From: Ramazzottius varieornatus
Taxonomy: Eukaryota; Animalia; Tardigrada
NCBI GenBank assembly: GCA_001949185.1
Contig: BDGG01000001.1
Coordinates: 8,564,721-8,628,720 of the forward strand
Length of the DNA stretch: 64,000 nt
Direction of reading: 5' to 3'
Position 1 is the stretch's first letter; the number at the start of each line of letters is the position of its first letter. Positions 37,350-49,640 of the stretch are shown here, piece after piece. A model generated the notes under the pieces. It searched no databases. It saw only the letters and a program-made list of their open reading frames with translations, and was not told the origin of the DNA. A program made the translations under genes and the position numbers.

Positions 37350-39430
37350 GCATCCGTAGGTGTATGTTTTCACTGCTCACTGTTCGATGAAGGACGACGT
37401 CATCGGCATACTGGAGAACTGTCAACTTGACGCAGGTGGAAAGACTGTTGACTGCAACCGTGAAGAATGTCGGACCAAGGACTAATCCCTGTGGAACTCC
37501 TGACTTCACAGGCTGACCATCGGAGAAGTATCCGTCGACCATCACTCGTTGGCTTCTGCCTCGAAGGTAGTCCGAAAACAGGGCCAGTAGCCGATCAGTA
37601 ACTCCATGCTTGGAAAGACTGTCAACAATGATGCCATGCGGGATTCGGCCGAAAGCTTTCGTACAGTCCAACAGGATGACGTTAGCCTTTTTCCTCTGCA
37701 GCAAGACTTGGGAGAAGTGGTGAGACATCTGGACTAGCTGCATCTCTGTCGACCTTTGCTTCCTGAAACCATACTGAGAGTCAGACAACAACTAATTCTG
37801 GTAGTTGCTCCGATGATCGGCAAGCATCTTCTCGAAGAGTTTGGACAAGGGTGGGAGGAGCGAGATGGGGCGAAAGGCGGAGCCTCCTTTCTTCGGTATC
37901 GGAACGACTTCAGCCTTCTTTCACACCGTAGGGAACTGTCCAGTCTGTATGATGAGGTTGAACAGTCTTGACAGGGGGTAAACGATGGCAGTACCTGTAA
38001 CTTTGAGGAGACGGTTGGTGCTGCTTTGTTAACGTCCAACTTCTTGATGATGGTTAGGATGGCAGTAGTCCTTATCAGCAGGTCTGGGCATGGGGGCGAA
38101 ATTGCAGGCTCCATGAGACAGACAGGCAGAGGTGGCAGATGGGCCTTGCAGTGGACGTGGCAGTTGACTTACTCATCGGCGAAGGTCTTGTTGATGAATT
38201 AGGCCTTATCTTGCGGATAGACCGAATATCGATTATCGCTGCCTGGAACAGGAATCGGTGGGATCGGACTGCAGACGGTGTTCTTCCTAACATACTTCCA
38301 GACTGCGGTTGCATTTCTTCTGGAGGATATGGCAATGTTGCTGAGTCGACAATGCTTGTCCCGGAGGATCAACCTCTTCTTCTGCGCTTCCAATGCTTTC
38401 CACGCTGTTTGATCAGCTGGGTCCTTTGACCATCGCCATTTTTGATATGCGCCTCTGCACTTTCGTGGGTACTCAGCTACCGTAGCCGAAAGGGAGGGAC
38501 GAAGAAAGCGTCGGGAACCAACCGTCTTGAGCTGGAAGCAGCTTGACGCAGCTGAAAGAAACTTTTCCTGAAAGGCAGAAACCGCGACGTCAGAGTCACA
38601 CTGAACATCAAACATGCTGTTCCAATCAACCGAGGCCAGCATTCTGCGGAACTCAGTAGATGTGACGTCATCCACTTTCCACCGTTTTCTGCTCTTTAGG
38701 ACGAATTTCGGAGTCATCAACATCAGAAAGAACTGTAGCCCATGGTGATCGTTAGTTGCTGCCGGTGGCTTGATGGTCCTCACGTTGCGTATGAGACTGA
38801 GCTGCGAAACGAAGACAAGGTCCAGCGATGAACAGCATTTCTCTCGTTCACTGGTAATCTGCCTAACTTTCTGCCACAGACGAAATTCACTCTGTAGCGA
38901 CAACAGGTCTCGTTCTCTTTCCGAGGATCCACTAGCTTTGTTTGACCAGGAGATGTTGGGGCTGTTGAAATCGCCCAGCACAAGGATGTTTCGTCTCAGA
39001 TGTGGAGGAATCCGTTCCATTGAGGTGCGAAGCTTACTGAAGACTTCGCTGTCGGCGCGTAGACGACTCCAATGAGCTAGTTCATGCGCAGAGCGATCAC
39101 TTTAACCCAAAGAACCTCTAGCCCAACCACTTCGTACTCTACCATCCTCCTAATTTGGAACTCTTTCCTGATTACAAGAGCTACTCCACCTCCTGTACTT
39201 TTCTGGCAGCCATCTCGATCCAGACGCTTGAGCTTGTAGAAGGCAGGGTCGCAGAAACTGCAGTCAGTTGTAGATGGTTCTGCCATGGTTTCGACCAGCG
39301 CAACGACGTCCGCCTTCCCATCTTCCATCCATCTCTTCACTTCATCGCTCTTGCTTCTAATTCCATTAACATTCGCGTAACGGATTGCACGTTTCTTTCC
39401 TACTTCTCCCGTAAACTGTGGTACAGGCAT
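37350..39430 (-). pseudogene. CR1/L2-group LINE (APE endonuclease + RT), 3'-truncated
   Basis: YANVNGIRSK, LVET, RLDR..GGGVAL, LGDFNSPNISW, LDLVF, NDHH; RT SQYGFRKQRST, LDCTKAF, SGVPQG.VLGP, YADD. Confidence 0.88.
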
Positions 39431-39937
39431 CTCGACAGACCTGAAGGAATATCGCAGAAGACAGAGCAGTTCTCGGAGCTTATAGAGACTCTGGCCAAAG
39501 CAGCATAGGGTACAAAATGTACCTGGTAGTCTTGTATGGCCTTCGGGTTGAGTCTCAAGCTATGGTGATGGCTGTGGAGATGCTGAGGTGGATGAAGTAG
39601 ATGTTGAAAGATGGATACCGTCAGATGATCGATTGATGCCACACCGCCTGGAACGAATTAATCAGCACCCGGAAGTCGACGTCAAGATTCACGCACCCAG
39701 GGAGTCAGGGATCGAGCAGTCACAAAATGACCGCAGCCGCAAAGAGGTTCCTCCCACACCCTGTGTCTCCCGCCAACCTCCAAAAGCAGACCATCGTCAG
39801 ACGGTTACACTTCAGCTATACCACAGCAAAAAATATGCGGAAGAAGGGCAAACCGAATCCCGACTAGCGCTTCCTCCGGCTGGACTTGAGACTTTATGCC
39901 GAGTGCACAAACCAACAAACAGGCAGGTAGTAGTGTA

Positions 39938-40106
39938 CAGTGTACGACAAAATTAACCGTTAGAAATGGGCGTAACATTGCAGCTAGAGCTTATTTACAA
40001 CTCAGCCAATGAGAACTAGGTTTTGCTGCATGCGCAAATTTCATTGGCTTTATCCATCTGGCTCCATCCAACACCCATTTTTATCGGTTTATTTTGTCGT
40101 ACACTG
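39938..40106. mobile_element. Tc1/mariner-type MITE
   Basis: TIRs CAGTGTACGACAAAAT(T/A)AACCG..., TA flanks on both sides. Confidence 0.8.
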
Positions 40107-40230
40107 TACATCAGCCTCAAACCAGTGTTATCTTGGTCTCGGGTAAAAGTAAAAACCAGCTTTTGCGACTCAGTTCTACAAGAGTTTTCGGCAGCAGTCT
40201 TCAAATGCTTGATTGATCGTTAGATATGTA

Positions 40231-40690
40231 CTGTGTTCCCTCCAAGGTTTCGCGCAGTCTCGTGACATGCCCGTAAATATGGTCTGGGAAAGTCTTTTTC
40301 TTCCTAATCGAACACATTTGCCAATAAATTCTTATACACAGTAACGCTTTATCCCTCTGCGAAAGAATCTACCACCGAGCTGAAACTACACTCGAAAGAC
40401 GCTTTCAACTCCTCGGGACTACCCAGATTCTCTTCCTGACTAGCTGACATGTACAAAGGTTCTGGCATAATATGAGCTTCAACGAAAGAATTTCCGCTGA
40501 AGAAACGTTGATTTCTTCCCAAGCTTCCGAAACAAAATCTGAAAAATCTTGACGGCCTGGCTTCAAACTTCCCGCTCTTGGTTACAGCAGTGCAGTTTTC
40601 CCTCCCCACATGGTAAGATTGACGCATCCAGGATCTGACGGTGAAGTTGGAACCTACATCAAGAGTTGGTAGGTACCTGTTAAAAATCCA
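40231..40690 (-). mobile_element. Right end of a pogo element (same family as 57338-59099)
   Basis: TA + TIR CTGTGTTCCCTCCAAGGTTTCGCGCAG; the sequence is the reverse complement of 58665-59099 and encodes ...RQSYHV..TAVTKSG...ASFECSFSSV. Confidence 0.82.
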
Positions 40691-40788
40691 GCCGTTGCTA
40701 CTGAGCCCACATTAAGCCAAAAAACCAGCTCAGGCGAGTTTGCAATACTATCGCACAAAGTTGCAGCTACAGTACAGTGAAGAGAGTA

Positions 40789-40942
40789 CTGTAATGCTTC
40801 ATGAACTTGGCGAATTGAGTCATCATACGCGCACGGTTGAACCCCGGTTGAACCCCGGTCCGGAAAGTTTGCCCTACCAATCCCCTGAGGGATGTTTCGC
40901 CCGTATGATGACTCACTTCGCCAAGTTCATGAAGCATTACAG
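40789..40942. mobile_element. 154-bp MITE with 41-bp TIRs
   Basis: CTGTAATGCTTCATGAACTTGGCGAA(T/G)TGAGTCATCATACG inverted repeat with one mismatch; TA TSD within AGTACT. Confidence 0.88.
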
Positions 40943-41102
40943 TACTGCCTCGCAGACCATTAAATTTAATTGGTTTGGGGCAAATGCACAAGTTCACCAC
41001 AGCTGCAATAGTGCGCTCACTTCTGCTAATCCAATTGGATTACCTGGAAGGCAGTAATTTCTTCATTGTAGCAAAAGCACGCACTGCGAGCAATCCACGG
41101 CG

Positions 41103-41990
41103 TCAGTTTATTGCACCAAGTAAGCCCGGCGGACCGCCCTTCAGGATCCAGCGAAAGACATCCCCAAGCCTAGAATCCAGTTTCATTGCATCCTTTAGAC
41201 TAAATGTGCTGTTATGGAAGAATGAATGGTAAGCAGGTTTTTCTTTCCAACCGAAAACACCCCTTCCATCGTTAAAATCCGCTCTTTGATCCCAAATGGG
41301 TGCGTTGCAAACATTGTCCACAAGCATTGCTGTTGCGGTATTCTGCTTTAGAATTTTCATTGGAATCGCTCCACTATTACACGTCCAGCACTTCGGATCG
41401 TAATTTCGCAGATACGATTTCTTTAACACAAGTTGTGGAAAACGAGCGTGTGGTTGGCGACAACCAAAAAAGCCCACGTCAATCGTTGCTCTTTCGTGGC
41501 ACACAATACAAGGGTTCTCTGCAAGCAAACGCCGGAGACTTCTGTGCCGTTGACGATATACACATCGAAGTCTAGAGTCAGTCCGCCGTACTCTTCGATG
41601 ACTATCATCTTAAGAATATCGGCTTCGTGTTGAATCCTATCAAGTGACGGCTGGCCAGCAGCCAAAAATGACCCATATTTCCTTGTCCTGACTGCCGAAG
41701 CTCACCGGCTGATTGTTTGAAGAGGTGACTGGTCTGTCACGTGATAAAAAAGGTGAAAGTGTTGCCTACACGATGGGTTTCAAATTTCTGAAGTCGGACG
41801 ACGGGATCGGGAGATATGGTGAAACAAACCAAAGACATGGGTGACGATGACCAATGACAGTGACTGTACAATCAATTATGGGACCAAACGTACACAGCTA
41901 CACGAATAGAATATTAGTAAGTTTTCTTTCTCGAGTGCGATAAAAACGTAGGCAGCTAGCAGAGCAAAGCGCGAAGAGCAGAGCAGAATT
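41103..41990 (-). pseudogene. GT32 (DXD-motif, alpha-1,4-glycosyltransferase-like) paralogue, frameshifted
   Basis: IQHEADILKMIVIEEYGGLTLDFDVYIV, then a frameshift into RRLLAENPCIVCHE..VGFFGC..HARF..SY..NYDPKCW..NSG; upstream part degraded, possible TM segment near 41940-41990. Confidence 0.72.
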
Positions 41991-43469
41991 TTGAACCGTC
42001 AAGTCGAGTGTGATTGGTTTTCGGTGCATTCGGAATGATTTCGCTTGGGGCAGTTTTTTGGTAATAATTCTGAATACTGCGGAGCAATAAATAAATTAAG
42101 AGCAAGCATACTGTTTATTTCGTAGAGATCTATCAAATGCGGATTGTATATCGCGTTTAGGTCTATTAATAAGGTATCAAATAGTGCATATGCAGTGAAG
42201 TCACTTCCGGTCAGTTTTTCTGAAATGACTTTCGATCCTGTGGAGGAGTAAACTAATTGTTGGCAAACATATTGTTCACCTCGTGGAGAGCTATCGAATG
42301 AAATATAGTTTCACCGAAATAACCGAAAGTCGACATCTGATTAAAACTTGGAACCCGCTTAAAGAGAGTAGGCTTAAATTTAAGGTAAAACACGTGGTCC
42401 AGTGCGCGGTATTTTACCGTTTCGAGAAGACGGACAAGAAGAATAGCGTGAACCAAGATATTTCGTGGTTGCTTCTTAGACCGGTTCTTATCAGTGCTTA
42501 AAGGCCACAGCGTAATAATTTTGCCGTGCATTGCAACTGTCGATTAAATAGCGGAGAAATGATGGTAAAGCGCCACTACTCTCGTATCACGAACTGTGTA
42601 CATGTTCACTCTGTGAAAAAACTGAAAGCACCGCAGCCTTGGTCTTCTTTGGTTCTTGCAGATTGCTAAAGCCCACAGGCGTCGGCAGGCACTCATTGTT
42701 AGAGCTCTGCGGCTACGGTCTCTATCAGGTCTGTTGGAAACTCGCACTATTACTTTCGTAAAAGTACATACATACTTAGGATATCTAGCGGTTGATCGGA
42801 TAATTACAAACGAACTCCTTGTTACTTTCGGTGTACTCTCATAATAGTTCATCAATACCCCTCGAGATGGATTCTTTGAACTTACAGACTATTCACGTAT
42901 CGAGCTTTGTCTGGTTTTATCTCCTGACTCATTCCTAGTCAGGAGGATGTCTATCGCTGTATCGAGTTCGTGCGGAAAACAGTGCTCCCTAAGGAAACGG
43001 AGACGGTACAGGGAGCTTAGTAGTATATCACTACGCTTGGCCAAGAAGGACCTGCTGAAAGCATCGAACGTTGTAGAAGGTGTTGAGCTGGAGGATGACA
43101 TCGATCTTATTGAAGGTGACATTGGAAAGGTTGGGAGTCGGTTGCATCGAACCTCCGCGCGATACCAAAGAGCCGGAGACACCATTGCCGACGCCCTCAT
43201 TGACCCGGAGGAACGGCTGGTATATGGGAAGAGTGAGCCGCAAAAGGTAAAGAACACACATATCCAATCGTACGGTAATTTATGCAATTTTATACTGAAT
43301 CGTAATACGTTTTGCAAATACAGTACTTTCAAAAATTAGCTTCACTATCAAAAATCGCATTTCATTTTGTGAGATGTTTCGTTCGAACCGTGATAATGGA
43401 AATTTACAGCAGTCCTCCACGTCCACGTTCGACGTACTCGAAAAGTTTTGTCGTAGCTGACAGAGTTGG

Positions 43470-44419
43470 GTCTGTCGCTCCCTACAAGAAGACCTGGACC
43501 ACCTTGCGGTGTGGTGTCGAAATGCTGGGCTAGACATTAGTTCCAGAAAGTCACAGCAAGTCCGGATCTCGAACAAGAAAAAGAAATCGGAGATTCCAGG
43601 TGGGTCGTACAAGTTTGCGAGTGATCCAGTACCTACCGAGAATGAGGGGGAATGTCTCGGCGTGACATACTCTAGCCGACTTGACTGGACCGCCCAGGTC
43701 GATAAGGTGACAGCAAAATGCAGGAAGAGGTTGTATGCTATCAACGCATACTTCCCTCGGTGCTTCGGCTCGGTCAAACAACTCCTGTTCAAGAGTATCG
43801 TGCGGTCATTCATGGATTATGCCTCGTCGGCATGATCTGTTTCGGCCAAAGGTTTCCAACGGCGGCCGGAAAATATTCAGAAGAAGTTTCTTCGCAGCAT
43901 CAGACTCAGCGAGATGGAAACAACAGACAACTCGAAGGTATATTGATTAATGCTTATAAAGTCAGAGCAGGTGTCTTTGCAAGGGGAAGCCACATCATGA
44001 AGAAGGAGCTGCCAGGCAGATCAAGAACGCAGTCCAAGGAGTTTGTACTCGCGCCAGTCAGCATCGCCCCCGCTTCTTGCACCCTTCTCGACACCACGCT
44101 GTCGTCCTTCGCCCACATCGCGATGAACTTGTTGAAAGACCCTTTGTTTAGTCCTTCGGCCATAGATCTGCTTACTATTGGCACATTCAAGAAATATCTC
44201 AAGTCTCTTAACTTTTCAGCTCTGAAATGGTCTAAGGACCATCTTGACCACCGCTTGTTGATTGTGTAAATTTGGACATTTTGTTTTTTTTCTAGGTGCT
44301 TTTCGCCTACTATGATCTTTTTCTACGGCGCTCCAGCCACTCTTTTTCAAGCATTGTTCTTTATTCGCTCGACTTTGTGAGCTCATTGAACAATGAAGCG
44401 GTTATTATTATTATTATTA
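43470..44419 (+). pseudogene. 5'-truncated CR1/L2-group LINE with (TTA)n tail
   Basis: LQEDLDHLAVWC..ECLGVTYSSRLDWTAQVDKV..KSIVRSFMDYASS; homologous to 45920-46910; ends GGTTATTATTATTATTAT. Confidence 0.82.
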
Positions 44420-44513
44420 TCTGCCGAAACCCATATATTGAATCGGAATGTCGGACGTCATGAAAGGCTCCGATCATCGCATTCGAGACTCCTCTGTACT
44501 TTACCCTTGCACC

Positions 44514-46911
44514 ATGCCTCCTATTAAGTTTACAGGTGAGGTCGTGAAAAAGCTGACTCTCCTGTACGGGAACGTGAATGACATACGAAGCAAGAGCGAG
44601 GAGACAAAGCGATGGATGGAGGAAAGAAATGCGGGTATCGTCGCTTTGGTAGAAACTTGGGCAGATGAGTCTACGGCTGATTGTCTGATTGCCGACTTGG
44701 ATCAGTACAACCTCTTCAGAAAAGACTGACAAAGATGTCTGAAGAAGAATGGAGGTGGAGTTGCCATTGCCGTCAAGAAACGGCCTACATGCGCTGAGGA
44801 TGACAAGCCTCGAAGTGGATGGATTGGAATTTTCATGGATAAAGCTGGTTTATCTCCGCCTGAATATCCTGGTAGGAGTAGTATATGCACCAAGTTACGA
44901 TACTGCTGTCTTCTCGAAGCTTCGTACGTCAATGGAGACCATTCCTTAAGCGCAACCTGATATTAGTGGGAGACTTTACCTGCCCAAACATCATGTGGGA
45001 TGGAGATGTAAGTGGGAAGTCGGAAAGAGATCGGGACTTAATCGGTCTGAAGAATGAGTTCAAGCTTTACCAGCGAGTGAAGGGAACCACTCGCTTCCGG
45101 GGAAAGAGTTCATCTTCGCTTGATCAGCTATTTCGTCACGTTGAACCTCCAGAGGCACTCCACTGCCCGCCACTGCAGTTCACCACTTCGTCCATCCTGG
45201 AGCAACTGCAACGGCTCGACATGTCGAAAGCTTCTGGCTCATTCCTCATTACCAACCGTCTGCTCAAGATCGCAGGAACGACCATCCTGTACCCTCTGTC
45301 AAGACTCTTCAACCTTATCACCAGCAAGAGACAGTATCCAACAGCATGGAAGCAAGCAGAAGTCGTTCCCGTTCCGGAGAAAGGCAGTTCCACTTCCGGC
45401 CCATTGCCCTTCTGCCGCCGCTCTCAAAGCTATTCGAAAAGCTCGTTGCCGTCCACCTGAATACCTTTCTTAATTCTAAACATCTTCTTTCAGATAGCCA
45501 GTTCGGTTTCCGCAAGCAAAGATCGACCAAAATGCAGTTGCTTCTTATGGCCCACCAATATTCCCAAGTGCTCCTACAAAGAGATGAAGTCGACGCTGTT
45601 CTTCTGGATTGTTCCAAAACCTTTGACAAGCTTCCATATTCGACCATCGTACGCAGCCTGGCAAGCCATGGTGTGAACGGAGAACTGAACGTCTTGCTGT
45701 CCGATTACCTCCGAGGAAGAGGCCAAAGAGCTGTAGTGGAAGGGTACCTTTCTTCGGAGCAGCCAGTGCCATCGGGTGTCCCTCAAGGATCCATCCTTGG
45801 ACCTTTGCTGTTTGTCGTCGCCGTGAACAACCTCGCAAGTAAGCTCAAGTCACTAGTGATGCGATATGCTGACGATATAGTCTTATGGCGAACTATCAAA
45901 AGCGATGAAGAGTGCACAGCTCTTCAACACGATCTGCAATGTCTGGAAAACTGGTGTGAAGAAACTGGCCTCAAGCTCAATCCGGAAAAGTCTCAACATC
46001 TCCGAGTGTCCAACAAGATAAAGAAGGTGGCAGTTCCTAGCGGCAGCTACACTATCGACGGCAAGCAGATCCACACGGTAAGCTGGGCAGAGTGTCTTGG
46101 TGTCACGTTCTCGAGCAAGATGGATTGGACAGGACAAGTGGACAAGGTGACAAAGAAGTGTCGACAGCGCTTGTACGCGATCAACGGCTCTTTCCCCAAG
46201 TGACATGGTGCAGTGAAGCAGCTTCTTTACAACATCCTGGTAAGATCGGTGGTGGACTACGCTTCGTCGTGTTGGTTTTCAACAACGAAGGGTCTCCAGA
46301 AGCAGCTGGAATCAATCTAGAAAAAATTCCTGATTAGTATCCGTCTGAGCCCAGCAGACAAGAACAGCCATGACACGGACTTCCGACAGTACCATCAGCA
46401 CCTTCGGGAAGTCGGATGGAGAACTCTCTGGCAGCGAAGATGTGAGCTCATCATGGTCAATGCCTTCAGGATTTGGAACGGTAACTTCGCCCACGGTGAC
46501 AGGCTGATGAAAGTTGAGGGGATCGGCCAGAACATGCGGACAAGAATCCAGTTAAAGATCTTCATGATGTCTCGTGTGTCGGTGGCGTCCCTTCCTGCAA
46601 GATGCTTTACTCGTTCGTTAGCTCTTTGCTTACATCGTAGAAGCTTTTCTGAAAGATCCCCTTTTTACTTTATCTTCTGTGGATTTGAGTAGTCTATGTA
46701 GCTTCAAAAGATATCTTGATGGTCTGAATTTTTCGAATTTTAACTGGCGCAAAAAGAATGTCGATGGGCACTTGTTAACTTGAATCAACTTGTTTTTTAT
46801 AAGTTTGCCTTTGCATCCCTTTTTCTCCGGCGCTCTTGCCACTATTTTTCAAAATTGATCCGCAAGCGCGAAGCCTGGCTTTGCATTGGACAAATAAAGG
46901 TTATTATTATT
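44514..46911 (+). pseudogene. CR1/L2-group LINE (APE + RT), internally deleted, with AATAAA and (TTA)n tail
   Basis: YGNVNDIRSK, VETWA, GGGVA, GDFTCPNIMW; RT FRPIALLPPLSKLFEK, SQFGFR, SGVPQGSILGPLLF, YADD; 3' end AATAAAGGTTATTATTATT. Confidence 0.9.
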
Positions 46912-47019
46912 GTATTGTTCCATCCGTGCTCAAAATGTCTCGCAGACAGCGCCACTAAAAGTAGATTTCTCCGTTCTTTTGACAGGACCTCACGAGGGGA
47001 TTTAGCCTCCGGCCTTTAA

Positions 47020-47670
47020 GCGTCATGCACTACGATGCGCCTGTCTACAAGAGACGCGCACGTGCATTCAAGTGGACCATCGGTATATAAAATTGCTGAT
47101 ATAACCACTAAACTGTGAAAGACCAAGCAAAACGAAGTAGCAGAGTTTGGTGGAGCTCTGGAAGAGGCGCACGATGTGAAGGGAAGATGGCGCAGCAGCC
47201 AAGAAGACAGGACACACCGAGGACACGATGACGGAAGGCAGGCAAGCAAACACTTGGCTTCGACCGGCTAACCTGAAATACGAGCAGTCAGATAGCCAAA
47301 TGATCCACCGTTCATCCCATGGTGACTTCCACGAAGGTCAGTAGTCACCAAAATAAAGAGAACCGGGAGAAAGCGAGCCAGAAAACAGGAAACACCAGAG
47401 AGGAGATGGTAGCAGGAGGCAGGCCGGCAATCACGGCGCTCTGTCGGCTAGCTTGAAACGATAGCAATCATGTAGACAGTAACCCACTACACATCCTCAT
47501 ACGAGTTTCGTCAACCTCGGTCACTTGCCTGGTTCAGGAAAACAAACGGAAAGCGAGGCAGTGTCACTGAAACATCAGGAGACAAGAAACGGGTCCGGAA
47601 ACATGGAAAGTCTGATTGATGTAATACCGCATCAAAATGAATCAAACAATCAAATCTACCTAGATCTGTC
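47020..47670 (-). repeat. Unclassified ~600-bp dispersed repeat, copy 2 (inverted relative to 34990-35620)
   Basis: See copy 1; contains an internal duplicated TTACTG(G/T)CTAC/TGGCTATCTGAC...TTAGCCG unit. Confidence 0.65.
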
Positions 47671-48433
47671 GTGCTGCACAGCGTTATGTGAGATCTCCCC
47701 AAAAACCGATGAAAATTTTTCCCGTTCGAGAAATCAACCTCCTAGACCAGTACTCAAACGGCCCTGGTAGGAGGGTTCTTGGACCGAGCCCAATGTCTTG
47801 TCATAGTTCGTGCACGGAGACAAAGGCAGCGACAGAATACGGGCAACGAGGTAAGTTCGTGAAATTCGCGGAGGTAGCTTCGACCTGAAAAGTCAGCAGG
47901 GCAAGAAACTGAAACAAGACTGAAGACAATAGATTTCTTTACTACTATCTTTAGTACTCTGCCTGATACTATTCTGAAATATCTGAGAGTTGCTCTCTGC
48001 TGTTTTTGAGTGAAAACCTCTTTGACATGCGGGCACCGGGTCGAGCCGTTTGTACAGGCTGGAGCCGTCGACTCGTTACGTCAGGTGCGAAGTTGGAACA
48101 ATTTTCTGTCAGCCAAATTTGCACGAAAACAACTTGCCTATGAAACTTGCCTGCCTCTCATAAGTCAGTCCAGAACCGTCTTGGGTCAGTTCATAGCCTA
48201 GAACGGACCCATAGCCTGGAGATCACTACTCACTACTCGCAACTACTCGTCTTAGCTCTGGCGGCTTCTTCCAGACCATCTTCCAGCAGTGGTCCACCTA
48301 GTAGAATCAGGTCACTCTTGCAAGGAAACAAAACACCAGGACAGGCTTTAGCTGCTGCTTCTTGGTTAGCTTAGCGCCCCTGGAGGGATCCGCCGAACGC
48401 GAAAAGCTCACACTTGACTGGGTTCAGCTCTGT

Positions 48434-48797
48434 CAGAGTCCATATACTCTCCATAGTCCTCCAACTGTACAGAAGGGCGAGATCAGTAGTATGGAAACAT
48501 GGTCTTAAAGCCGATTGGAGCAAACCACAGGAATATCGACACCGTCTTTCCTGCTCGTAAATGGCGAGCGAGCACCTTAGGACTGCATGTCCTTGTCGCG
48601 CTCTAGCCTGTAGTACGATAACCGTCAGGCACTAGCCTGTAGTCGATGGACGGATGAGTGCACCCACCTGAGCCAATCAGAGCTCGGGTTTTTCCGGGTG
48701 TTCGCTCAACTGTGCTAAAAGTTTCCCAAACAGTTGGTTCTGTCTTAGCCGTTCTTGCGATCAAAGCTGGAGGACTATAGAGAGTATATGGACTCTG
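48434..48797. mobile_element. MITE with ~30-bp TIRs (CAGAGTCCATATACTCTC...)
   Basis: CAGAGTCCATATACTCTCCATAGTCCTCCA / TGGAGGACTATAGAGAGTATATGGACTCTG; no TSD recognised. Confidence 0.7.
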
Positions 48798-48869
48798 GAT
48801 CGAGCCCCAATTTCTCTCCTTTTTCCCACTATCACGTGCATATCAGACGAAACGCCATCCCTCACCACC

Positions 48870-49463
48870 AACGGTACAGTCGTCGAGGTACCACACGCTG
48901 TGCTACCTCTTGTTCCACAGCATACCTGTTCTGGATGAATTCTAGCTTCCATGTTGCGGCCAACCCTTCTCGCGATAATCTTGCCTGTCAGGCGTCCGAT
49001 CTCGATTTCCTACCGAGATCGGACGCAGGCCTCCATCTGTCTACCTCAGCGTCGTTAGAGATGCACCATACAGCACACCACATACAGCGTCCGGAACTTT
49101 GCCTTGTTGCATCAGCGTGGTCAGCTTCGCTGGAGCCTCTGACAGCGCTACCTTTGCTCCGTTCAAAGAACCGGACAGCTTGTCTTTGAAGTGCTGAAGC
49201 CTCAGCCCAACACCACCTGCAGAGCCGTCAGGGAAGTTCTTCACTGCTGCCACAACTTTTTCCACCGTTACTTCATCTGGAAGTATCGTCTGGTCTGGCA
49301 GATCTGGAAAAGAACTATCCGGACATTCTGGTGGGTGTTTCTCCCGGAAAATACTCAAGAATTCCGGCGTTGGCGCTGCAGCCGAATCTTCGAAGAAAAG
49401 TACTCGTAATGTTCCACGGACTTCACCATCAGTAATCTTCCCCTCTCCCAGCTTCTTCATCAC
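48870..49463 (-). pseudogene. Third CRE-clade fragment (region upstream of and entering the RT)
   Basis: GEVRGTLRVL..EKHPP..AVKNFPDGSAGG.GLRLQHFKD..KVPDAVCGVLYGASLT..DGGLRPISVGN..IHPEQVCCGTRG; overlaps in homology with 6960-7175. Confidence 0.82.
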
Positions 49464-49510
49464 CGCTTTATCACCGCTTTATTACCGCTTTATCACCGCT
49501 TTATCACCGA
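49459..49510. repeat. 11-bp tandem repeat (ATCACCGCTTT)n at the CRE fragment boundary
   Basis: Directly visible, about 4.5 copies. Confidence 0.85.
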
Positions 49511-49640
49511 ATTCTTTATCGCCGAACCCTTCATCAACGAACCCCTTGTCACATCAGTAAACAAAATGGGGCACCTGATTATCCAGAGTTAAACCAGCTC
49601 CCGGGACATCAGAAATTAGTCGATCATTTTCCAAGACTTC

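Noticed and set aside
49459-49545. CRISPR-like array
   Set aside because: Contiguous 11-bp tandem repeat without unique spacers; no cas genes; eukaryotic context.
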